Part shown: piece after piece, positions 31,801-40,200 of the stretch
Position numbering within the stretch: the first letter of the stretch is position 1
Layout of the letters: the number at the start of each line of letters is the position of its first letter
DNA from: Alphaproteobacteria bacterium
GTDB taxonomy: Bacteria > Pseudomonadota > Alphaproteobacteria > UBA7887
DNA length: 64,000 bases
NCBI GenBank assembly: GCA_965201115.1
Contig: OZ241745.1
Coordinates: 2,306,308 to 2,370,307 of the forward strand
Direction of reading: 5' to 3'
Program-made: the position numbers and the translations under genes
The notes under the pieces: model-generated
The model's database searches: none
What the model was told of the DNA's origin: nothing
Seen by the model: only the letters and a program-made list of their open reading frames with translations

Positions 31801-34800
31801 CGTTCCGGCAACGGCGCCCGAGGACGCCACCGTAACCGTGTGTTCGCCGGCGCCTTCGCCGACAACGCCGCCCGTCACCGTTCCGGCGACCGAAACCTCC
31901 AGATCGCCCGCGCCGCGCTCGGCGATGTCGCCTGTTACCGCGCCGGCGACGTCGACCTCGAGATCGCCGGCGCCGCGGCCCTCGACGAGGCCCGTGACCG
32001 CGCCATTGGCCATAACCGTGACGTCGAGATCGCCCGCGTCGGCGCGAATCGCCTCGGTCGTTCCATCGTTATCGACGCCCGTGACGGCGCCGCCGCCGGC
32101 GACCGTCACCGTTCCGCCGTCGGCGTAGAGAATGCGCCCGACGCTGCCGCCCACGGTCATCGCCGCGGGGTTGCGTATCGTGCCCGTCACCGCGCCGCCG
32201 GCCTCGACGGTCGCCATCAGCGTCCCGCCCGACTCGATGTCGCCCTCGACGCGCCCTTCGTCCCGGACCGTGACCGTCAGCGCGCCCATCGTGCTCTCGG
32301 CGGCTGTGCCTTCGACGCCGGTCAGTTTCCCGCCGCCGGCGACCGTTACCATCCCGCCCGAGGCATACAGAACGCGCCCGACGCTGCCCGAAAACGTGAA
32401 CGACGCTTGCGGGTTGTGTATCGTGCCCGTCACGACGCCGCCGGCCTCGACGGTCGCCGTCAGCGTCCCGCCCGACTCGACGTCGCCCTCGACGCGGCCT
32501 TCGTCGTTCACCGTGACGGTCAGCGCGCCGGCCGTGCTCTCGGCGGCTGTGCCTTCGACGCCGGTCAACTTCCCGCCGCCGGACACCGTCACCGTCCCGC
32601 CCGAGGCGTAGAGAACGCGCCCGATACTCGCCCCGCTCCCGACCGTGAACGACGCCTGCGGGTCCCGTATCGTCCCCGTCACGACGCCGCCGGCCTCGAC
32701 GGTCGCCGTCAGCGTCCCGCCCGATTTGACATCGCCCTCGACGCGGATCCCGTCGTTCACCGTGACCGTCAGCGCGCCGGCCGTGCTCTCGATGGCCACG
32801 CCCTCGACGCCGGTCAGCGTCCCGCTCCCGGACACCGTCACCGTCCCGCCGCTGGCGTAAAGAATGCGCCCGATGCTGCCCGCGACCGCAAGCGCGGTCT
32901 GCGGGTCGTGTATCGTGCCCGTCACAACGCCGCCGGCCATGACATTCGCCGTCAACGAGCCGCCGCCATCGACGCGGATATCGCCCGTCACTGTTCCCGA
33001 AACGGTCGCCGTCAGAGCTCCGCCGCCGTCGCCGAGGATGGCGACGCCCGACGCCGCGCCCACTTCGCCGCCCGCGCCCACGGTCACCGCGCCGCCGCCG
33101 AACAGATGCACGCCCGCGCCGGTTCCGCCCATCGCGGCGCCGTGTACCGTCACCGTCTGATTGCGCACGCCCGCCGTGACGCCCGCGCCGCGGACATAAA
33201 TGCCCTTCGCCCCGCCCGTCACACGCGCGCCCGCGGAAACCGTGACCGCGATGGCGCCGTTGCTGTCGTGCGGAACGACGTAAAGCGCCTCCACGCCGTT
33301 CCCCTCGGCGTCGATGGCGCCGCCGGTCACGTCCACATGGATGTCGCCGGCGTTGTAGGTCAGCGCGTGTTGCCGGACCGTGTTCTTCCACGCGGCGTCG
33401 TAGTCGGCGTCGGGAAGGGCGGTCAGCGCCGTCGTCAGTCCGCTGCTGTCGCCCGACAACACGGCTGTCAGCGCCGCGCGCTCCGCGGCCGAGAGAGCAT
33501 CGCCGGCGCGGACACGATCGGCGATCGCCGTGTGGGACAGCGCCATGGCGCGGACGCCGGCGCGCGACAGACCCAGTATTTCCTCCGCCGCCGCGTGCGC
33601 CAGCGGGCCGTCGCCGGTCGGCGCGGCGGTCGCCGCGGCGCGCTTGCGCCGGAGATCCTCCGCTGCCGCCTTCCACGCGGCGTCGTAGTCGTCGGCCGGA
33701 AGCGCCGCCAGCGCCGTCGTCAGCGCGGCCGAATCGTTATCCGTTATCGCCGCAAGCACAGCCTGTTCCGCCGCCGACAGCGTCTCGTCGGCGCCCGCGA
33801 TCCGGCCCCGGATGAAAGCCTCCCTCACCGGCGCGCCCACCGTGACCGTTCCGCTCGACGTAACGTGGATCATGGGCATGGTCCGCGCCGCGTCGTCCGC
33901 TGTTGTCGCGCCCACGCCCATCGTGTGGCCGCTCGACCGCCGCGCCCAGGCGACAACGCCGGCCTCCGGCGCCTCGACCGCGCCCGCATGCGTCACAAGG
34001 ATGCGCCCCGCCGCGCTGTCGTCGTTCGTAAGCCGCCCCTCCATGCCGATGGCGAACGGCGCCGCGACTTCCGCCGCCGCGCCCGTCGTCATCTCGATGG
34101 AGCCGAGGCCGTCATGGCGTACCCAGAGACCCCGCGCGTTCAGGCCTTCCGCGGAGACGGCGCCGCCCGTCATCTCGACGGAGCCCTTTCCGGGCGACCC
34201 CGACTTGTAAACATGCAGCCCGTTGGCGTTGTCGCCCGCCGTCTCGACCGAGCCCCCCGTCATGCGCGCGGAGGCGGAGCCGCTCCCCCCGCTGCGCTCG
34301 GCGTAAACCCCGTGGGAATGGATGATATTGACATAGCTCCCGCCCCGCGTGCGGATCGCGCCGCCTTCCATGACGACGGCCACGTTCGAGACGCCCGCCC
34401 CCCGATATCCGGACCAGCCCCTGAGACCTATGGCCCCCGCCCCCGTCGTCTCGATCAGGCCGTCGGTCATGGTAACCGTGACGTCGCCCTGCCCTCTCTC
34501 GGAGCCGGAGACGCCGTAGGCGCTGTGGCCCTCTGTCTTGACGACGGTGTCGCTGCCCGAGAGGGTGACGGCAACGGCGCCCGTCGAGGAGGCGTTGCTC
34601 CGCGCGCCGGCGACGCCCGCGGAGGAGGCTCCTTTCGTCGAGACGGAGCCGCTCACGCTAACGGTTACGTTGCCCGTCCCGGCGTGGGCGCCGCTGACGC
34701 CGGTGGCGCTCGCCCCCTGCGTCGCGATGGAGCCGCCGCTCATGCTGACGGTTATGTTGCCCGACGCGCCGGAGGCGATGGAAGCCGTCAAGCCGCTACC

Positions 34801-35259
34801 GTCTCCCCCCTGGCTCGAGAGGGAGCCGCCGGTCATGTAGATGCCGATGTCGCCCGCCCCGGCGAGGCGGTTGACATAAAGGAGACGGGAGCTCGGCTCC
34901 CTCGTCTCGACGGAGCCGCCGCTCATGCGGATGATCGCGCTTCCGGTCCCGCGGCGCTGGATCCGCAGGCCCTCCGCCTGGTCCCCCAAGGTTACGACCC
35001 TGCCGGCCGTCATGCGAATCTCGGCGTTGCCGGAACCGTCGTGATCGACCCTGATGCCCCGGTTGTTGGCGGTGTAACCGGTAATGTTGACGCTACCCGG
35101 GTCGACGAGGATGTCGGCCGCGCTACTGCCGCCTTCGATGCAGACGATGATCCCGCCGCCGGTGTGCGGCCCGCCGCGGCACACGTTCTGCGCCGCCGCC
35201 TCCCCGGCTCCCAGCGCGAGCGCAAGCAGCAGCCCCGCCGCAAACGCCCGCGCGCTCAC
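28831..35259 (-). CDS. Giant autotransporter (type Va secretion) with glycine-rich, internally repetitive passenger and C-terminal beta-barrel ending …LTVRF
   Basis: 2142 aa; signal peptide (MSARAFAAGLLLALALGAGEAAAQ); tandem about 65-70-aa passenger repeats (…GGTVTVSG.GKLTGVEGTAAEST.GALTVTV.DEGRVEGD.ESGGTL.ATVEAGG.VTGTI…); C-terminal autotransporter barrel with terminal Phe. Confidence 0.8.
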   Translation of the reverse strand: MSARAFAAGLLLALALGAGEAAAQNVCRGGPHTGGGIIVCIEGGSSAADILVDPGSVNITGYTANNRGIRVDHDGSGNAEIRMTAGRVVTLGDQAEGLRIQRRGTGSAIIRMSGGSVETREPSSRLLYVNRLAGAGDIGIYMTGGSLSSQGGDGSGLTASIASGASGNITVSMSGGSIATQGASATGVSGAHAGTGNVTVSVSGSVSTKGASSAGVAGARSNASSTGAVAVTLSGSDTVVKTEGHSAYGVSGSERGQGDVTVTMTDGLIETTGAGAIGLRGWSGYRGAGVSNVAVVMEGGAIRTRGGSYVNIIHSHGVYAERSGGSGSASARMTGGSVETAGDNANGLHVYKSGSPGKGSVEMTGGAVSAEGLNARGLWVRHDGLGSIEMTTGAAAEVAAPFAIGMEGRLTNDDSAAGRILVTHAGAVEAPEAGVVAWARRSSGHTMGVGATTADDAARTMPMIHVTSSGTVTVGAPVREAFIRGRIAGADETLSAAEQAVLAAITDNDSAALTTALAALPADDYDAAWKAAAEDLRRKRAAATAAPTGDGPLAHAAAEEILGLSRAGVRAMALSHTAIADRVRAGDALSAAERAALTAVLSGDSSGLTTALTALPDADYDAAWKNTVRQHALTYNAGDIHVDVTGGAIDAEGNGVEALYVVPHDSNGAIAVTVSAGARVTGGAKGIYVRGAGVTAGVRNQTVTVHGAAMGGTGAGVHLFGGGAVTVGAGGEVGAASGVAILGDGGGALTATVSGTVTGDIRVDGGGSLTANVMAGGVVTGTIHDPQTALAVAGSIGRILYASGGTVTVSGSGTLTGVEGVAIESTAGALTVTVNDGIRVEGDVKSGGTLTATVEAGGVVTGTIRDPQASFTVGSGASIGRVLYASGGTVTVSGGGKLTGVEGTAAESTAGALTVTVNDEGRVEGDVESGGTLTATVEAGGVVTGTIHNPQASFTFSGSVGRVLYASGGMVTVAGGGKLTGVEGTAAESTMGALTVTVRDEGRVEGDIESGGTLMATVEAGGAVTGTIRNPAAMTVGGSVGRILYADGGTVTVAGGGAVTGVDNDGTTEAIRADAGDLDVTVMANGAVTGLVEGRGAGDLEVDVAGAVTGDIAERGAGDLEVSVAGTVTGGVVGEGAGEHTVTVASSGAVAGTVRLPAGAALTVSGDVGRVHYDNGGAVTVNASGEITGLDIDGTKEAIRGDAGNLAVTVHGMVAGNIEARGDGDLTVTVSETGTINGEIFGRGGGVHTVEIAEKARVLGTVHNPKSGTTIRGAAGRVLFDNGGALMVAATGRIAGIGGEAIRADAGALDVTVASGGMVTGRIEGRGAGAMTVNVSGAVTGAIHGKGAGKHEVTVASGGMVTGDIVDLDAGDLVASVAGRMTGDIEERGAGDLTATVAGRVTGDIEERGAGDLTATVTGTVTGGIRGMGAGSHTVAVMAGGAVTGTVHLPASAMTIAGRVGRVLYDNGGSVTVASGGSVTGVESDGTTEAIRGAAGDLTVDVAARATVTGDIRGEGDGDLKVDVSGKVEGGIFGRGGGEHDVHVKSGGSVEGLIHLAASAVTVDGSARSVLFDRGGTVAVNAGGRLSNLDGRAAVRSASGDLTVTVNGNVVGNIEDLGPGALTVAVANALTGDVIGGGGGMHRLTVASGAEFRGNVRGVEFIAVGGDAEGMLHVPAGGAVEVAAGGALVGAENAEGRRVAVLAETGALSMTVDGMVQGAVEARDAGAASTVTVGAGGEIDGRVTLAGTGSAVEVNGAVQSVDVPRGAVTVGANGRIEEPVARAERVTITAAAGESDEEAAQRVGGGRIDSSGAAVVLKREGRADSMPRITADGRIEVGPAPRHRVYEALPSVLLALNALPAHGDRFASAGAPRGAFARLDAAGGDRHPASSTAQAHHDYRRFGFEAGIEGAAGERGVFAISVHHVRGRADVDTDADTEAGGGRVEITGTGARISGAWLPAENIYVSAQAAATLYEADLDSDAALEGALARDLSGRGYAAGVEIGRRLELGRVTLTPRAGADWSMVEMSSFTDSVNERVSLDAGRRITARAGVRAESAALPGGAGAMFATLDLERELSGAMETTAADRPPFKAEAEATWARLGLGAAHEWADGRMALRANANYAAARHGNRDFTGSATLTVRF

Positions 35260-35280
35260 GCCGCGCTCCCCGGCTGCCGC

Positions 35281-35303
35281 GGGGGGGGGGGGGGGGGGGG
35301 GGG
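35281..35303. repeat. Homopolymeric G23 tract (poly-C in sense orientation) 21 nt upstream of autotransporter-1 start codon
   Basis: 23 consecutive G between promoter-like region (TTGCCG…CAAATAAACGTA) and SD GGGGAG/GTG start of the minus-strand gene. Confidence 0.9.
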
Positions 35304-35439
35304 TACGTTTATTTGCACGGCAAGCGCGGGCGCAAACCCTCGGTACGGACGGGGCATTGTCATGACGGAGCGCTCCTCGGCGGAAATGGGTACCACGCGG
35401 ATGTCGTCAATATACCACACACGGCGCGCGGGCGCAAAC

Positions 35440-35950
35440 GCCTCGGGGCGGGGGGCGATGACCGCGACTCTCCCCGGCGGGATCGCGGCGCGCGGGAACG
35501 TGCGGGCTGGAAGCCCGCGGTCCCGGGCCCCGCCTTCGGCGGGGTTGCGCCTCCCCCGGCGGCATCGCGGCGGGCGGAAACGTGCGGGCGAGACGCCCGC
35601 GCACCCAAGAAGCTCGCGCGGGCGCCGTTGCGGGGCATTGCGGGGATCCGCGGGGCTCGGGGCTGTCGAGACGCCCGCAGTCCCGGGAAGCGCGCGCCGC
35701 CCGCAAACGCGCCGCAGGCGCTGACCGCCCGGGTGCGCGGGCGTCTCGCCCGCACGTCTCGACAGTTTCGATCGTTGGCGGGAGGGGCGTAACGACTGCG
35801 CCCTTCCCGGCAATGCCGCGGCGCGCGAGAACGTGCGGGCAGGATGCCCGCGGTCCCGGGCCCCGCCTTCGGCGGGGTTGCGCCTTCCCCGGCGGGCGCC
35901 GCGCGGGTCGCCAACGTGCGGGCGAGACGCCCGCGCACCCAGGAAGCGCG
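35440..35950. repeat. Cluster of REP-like dual-hairpin intergenic repeats
   Basis: Recurring units …GGGAACGTGCGGGCAGGATGCCCGCGGTCCCGGGCCCCGCCTTCGGCGGGG… (hairpins GCGGGCA-gga-TGCCCGC and CCCCGCC-ttc-GGCGGGG) and variant GCGGGCG-aga-CGCCCGC. Confidence 0.8.
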
Positions 35951-35953
35951 CGG

Positions 35954-37069
35954 TCAGTGGCGGCGGGCGATCTCCTCCGCGCGCGCCAGCAGCGCGTCGC
36001 CGCTCGCGCACACGATCACCGCATCGCCGACCTCCTCGAGCCGGTCCGGATCGTCCACGCCCGCTACCGCCGCCGCCAGACGCGAAGCCGCCTCCGCCCC
36101 GAACTTGCGGCCCGCCTGCCGCGCCAGAAGCGCACGCTCGCGCTCAAGGCCGCGCGCCCGTTCGCGCGATGCGCCTCGCTCAAGACCACGCGCCTCGCCA
36201 AGCTCAAGCCCACGCGCCTCGCCAAGCGCTTCGCTGCGCTCCGCGCGCTCGGCAAGCAAACTGTCGAGCCGTTCCGCAAACAACGATTCCATGGCCCCCA
36301 AATCCTCCAAATCCCCGACCCGCCTCAAACGCGCAGCCAGCGCGCCGTCCGAAGCCCCGAACCGGTTCGCCTCGAGCATGTGCCGAAGCGTCGCCCCGAA
36401 CGCGCGGCGCAAACTCGCATGCTCCGGACCCGAAAGCAACCGACGCAACGCCGCGACAACCGCCGGCACAGACTCCGGATCCCCGTGCTCAAGCGCAAAA
36501 CGCGCCGACACAACGTTGCCCGCGGGCAAATCCTCCGGACGCAGACGATGAACATCGAGCAGCAGGTAACCCTGCCGGGGCTGAAAACGCTCCAGCGCAG
36601 CCCCCGCCGGCGCTATCTCGTCGCGAACCTCCCGCGACGCAGACCAACGCGCACGCCCGTTGTAAACGACAATCGGCAAGACCGGCGGAAGCGGACCCGC
36701 GCGCCGGTTCTTCCGGTCGTCCCGGCGAAGCCGCGAATACAACTGAGCCGTGTACGCATACACGCGCACCGCCATGTCCAGGTCGACCTGCGACTGAAAC
36801 TCCAGCATGACCAGCAGATACACCCAGCCGGTCGTGCCGTCGGCGGCGCGGTAGCGCAGCCGCCACACGCGGTCGCCCCGCGTCTGCCGCAGATCCTCGT
36901 CCACGTACTCCGCCGGCGCCGGTTCGAGGCTGGCGAGGTCGAGGCGGGAGACATCGAACTCCGGGCCCAGCGCCTGCCGCATGAACCCCCCGAGCAGGTC
37001 GGCGACCGCCCGCTCATGCTCGAAAAACAGTTTAAAGCTTGCATCGTGTATCTCGCGCATGGCGGTCAT
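35954..37069 (-). CDS. Rpn/YhgA-like recombination-promoting nuclease / putative transposase (PDDEXK_7 with C-terminal DUF4351-like tail)
   Basis: 371 aa; N-terminal …DASFKLFFEHERAVADLLGGF… typical of Rpn family; D/E-rich core (…VWRLRYRAADGTTGWVYLLVMLEFQSQVD…). Confidence 0.65.
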   Translation of the reverse strand: MTAMREIHDASFKLFFEHERAVADLLGGFMRQALGPEFDVSRLDLASLEPAPAEYVDEDLRQTRGDRVWRLRYRAADGTTGWVYLLVMLEFQSQVDLDMAVRVYAYTAQLYSRLRRDDRKNRRAGPLPPVLPIVVYNGRARWSASREVRDEIAPAGAALERFQPRQGYLLLDVHRLRPEDLPAGNVVSARFALEHGDPESVPAVVAALRRLLSGPEHASLRRAFGATLRHMLEANRFGASDGALAARLRRVGDLEDLGAMESLFAERLDSLLAERAERSEALGEARGLELGEARGLERGASRERARGLERERALLARQAGRKFGAEAASRLAAAVAGVDDPDRLEEVGDAVIVCASGDALLARAEEIARRH

Positions 37070-37079
37070 TATAGCACAT

Positions 37080-37290
37080 GGCGCCGAACGAAGCGCCCCC
37101 CGAGGATCGCCGGCATCGCGCGGGGCGCCGACGTGCGGGGCATTGCGGGGCTCCGCGGGGCTCGCGCGGCTGCGGGGCTCCGCGGCTTGGCGCTCGCGCC
37201 CTCCTGCCGACGCCGCGGCGGGCGGGAACGCGCGGGCAGGATGCCCGCGGTCCCGGGCCCCGCCTTCGGCGGGGTTGCGGCTTCTTCCGC
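37080..37290. repeat. REP-like dual-hairpin repeat copy between Rpn gene and autotransporter-2
   Basis: Same GCGGGCAGGATGCCCGC / CCCCGCCTTCGGCGGGG unit as elsewhere. Confidence 0.8.
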
Positions 37291-37292
37291 GG

Positions 37293-40200
37293 TCAGAAGC
37301 GCACGGTGAGTGCGGCGCTGCCGCTGAAGTCGCGGTTGCCGTGGCGGGCGGCGGCGTAGGCGGCGTTGGCGCGGAGGGCTATGCGGCCGTCGGCCCATTC
37401 GTGGGCGGCGCCGAGGCCGAGGCGCGCCCATGTCGCTTCCGCTTCGGTCTCGAAGGGGCGGTCTGCCGCTGTTGTTTCCATCGCGCCGGACAGTTCGCGC
37501 TCCAGGTCCAGCGTTGCGAACATGGCGCCGGCGCCGCCGGGGAGGGCGTCGGACTCGGCGCGCACGCCGGCGCGGGCCGTTATGCGCCGGCCCGCGTCAA
37601 GCGATACGCGCTCGTTCACGGAGTCCGTGAACGACGACATCTCCACCATCGACCAATCGGCGCCCGCGCGCGGGGTCAGCGTCACGCGGCCCAAGTCGAG
37701 GCGCCGCCCGATCTCCACGCCGGCGGCGTAGCCGCGGCCCGAAAGATCCCGCGCAAGGGCGCCCTCGAGCGCCACGTCCGAATCGAGGTCGGTCTCGTAA
37801 AGCGTCGCCGACGCCTGACCGCTCACATAGACGTTCTCCGCCGGCAGCCACGCGCCCGACAGGCGGGCGCCCGTGCCGGTTATCTCGACACGGCCGCCGC
37901 CCGCCTCCGCATCCATCTCCGCGTCTGTCTCCACATCGGCGCGCCCGCGCACATGATGAACGGAGACCGCGAACACGCCGCGTTCGCCCGCCGCGCCCTC
38001 GAACCCCGCCTCGAACCCGAAGCGGCGGTAGTCGTGATGCGCCTGCGCGGTCGAGGAGGCCGGATGGCGGTCGCCGCCGCCAGCGTCGAGGTGCGCGAAC
38101 GCGCCGCGCGGCGCGCCCGCGGCGGCGAAGCGGTCGCCGTGGGCGGGCAGCGCGTTCAGCGCCAGCAGCACCGAAGGCAGTGCCTCGTACACGCGGTGCC
38201 GCGCCGCCGGCCCGACCTCGATACGGCCATCGGCGGTTATCCGAACCTGCGAATCGACACGGCCCTCGCGCTTGAGGGTAATCGTGGCGCCTGCGGCGTC
38301 GATGCGACCGCCGCCGACGCGCAGCGCCGCCTCCTCGTCGGTTTCGCCCGCGGCCGCACGTATCGTTACCGTCTCGGCGCCGATGACGGGGTCCTCGATG
38401 CGCCCGTTCTCGCCCACCGTCACCGCGCCGCGGGGCACATCGACGCTCTGCGCCGCGCCATCGACCGTGATCTTGCTGTCGGCGCCCGCCAGCGTGACCT
38501 TGCCGTCGATTTCGCCGCCGGCGCCGACCTTCACGGTCGAAGCCGCGCCGGCGTCGCGCGCCTCGACGGCGCCCTGCACCGCGCCATCGACTGTCATGTC
38601 CAGGGCGCCGGTTTCGGCGACGACCGCCACGCGGCGGCCTTGCGCGTCCTCCGCGCCCACGAGCATGCCGTCCGCGGGGACCGTCACCTCGTTGCCCGCG
38701 GGCACATCCAGCGTTCCCTCCGCGCGCCCGGCCACGAGTATGGACTCCACGCCCTCGACATTTCCCTTGAAGACGCCGCCGGGCTGCACCGTCAGCCGAT
38801 GCATGCCTCCGCCGCCGCCGATGACGTCGCCCGTCAGCTCGTTCGCAACCGTAACCGCGAGGTTTCCGGGGCCGGTGTCGGAGACGCTGCCCATGACGAC
38901 GCCGTTCACCGTCACCGTCAGGTCATCGGCCGCGCTGTAAACCGCGCGGCCGTCGAGGCCCGTTATCCGTCCTTCGGAACCGACCTCGACCGCGCCGCCG
39001 CGATCGAACCGGATGCTCCGTGCGGAGCCGTCGACCGTCACCGTGCTGGCGGCCAAGTGGATGAGACCCTCGACCGAGCCGCCGGATTTCACATGAACGT
39101 CGTGCTCGCCGCCGCCGAGGCCGAATATCCGGCCCTCGACCTTGCCGCTCACATCCACCTTCAAATCGCCATCGCCCGCGCCGCGAATGTCTCCCGTTAC
39201 GGTCCCCATCGCCGCCACGTCCACCGTCAGATCGCCCGCCGCGCTGCGGATCGCCTCCCGCACCCCATCGGTCTCGACGCCGGCAATGGTCCCCGACGCC
39301 GCGATGGTTACCGAACCGCCATTGTCGTACAGCACGCGCGCCGCGCGGCCCGCGACCGTCGCCGCGTGCGAACCCGCGCCGACGCCGCGGATGGCGCCCG
39401 CAACCGAACCCCCGGACGCAACCGTAACCCGGTGCATGCCCGCGCCCATGCCGCGGATATCGCCGGCAACCGAGCCCGCAACCGTTACCGTCAGGTCACC
39501 CGCGCCGCGCTCCTCGACGGCGCCCGCAACCGAACCGCCGGACGCAATCGCGACCCGATGCGCGCCGGCGCCCATGCCGCGGATATCGCCGGAAACCGCG
39601 CCCGCAACCGTTACCGTCAGGTCGCCCGCGCCGCGCTCCTCGATCGAACCCGTCACCGAACCCGCAACCGTCGCGACCAGGTCGCCCGCGTCCATATCGA
39701 CAATGTTACCCGTCACCGAGCCGCCGGAGGCGACCGTAACCTCGTGCCTGCCGGCGCCCTTGCCGAGGATGGCGCCCGTTACCTTGCCGCCCGCGTTCAC
39801 GGTCATGCCGCCCGCGCCGCGCTCCTCGATGACGCCCGCGACGGCGCCGCCGGACGCGATCGCCACCGTCAGGTCTCCCGCGTCGGAACGGATCGCTTCC
39901 CGGACGCCCTCTATCTCGAGACCGGCAATCCGGCCCCGCGCGCCGACCTTCACGGCGCCGCCACGGTCCAGCAACACGCGCCCGGCCGCGCCGTGCTCCA
40001 CATCCACCTCGCTCGCCGCCAGGCGCACCGTTCCCGTGACCATGCCGCCGCCGCGCACCGCGACCGTGTGTTCGCCGGCGCCGAGACCCAGTATGTCGCC
40101 CTCGACCGTGCCGGTTACCGTCGCCGCCAGAGCGCCGCCGCGGCTCTCCACATTTCCGGTCGCCTCGCCGGCGACCGTAACCTCCAGGTCGCCCGCGGCG

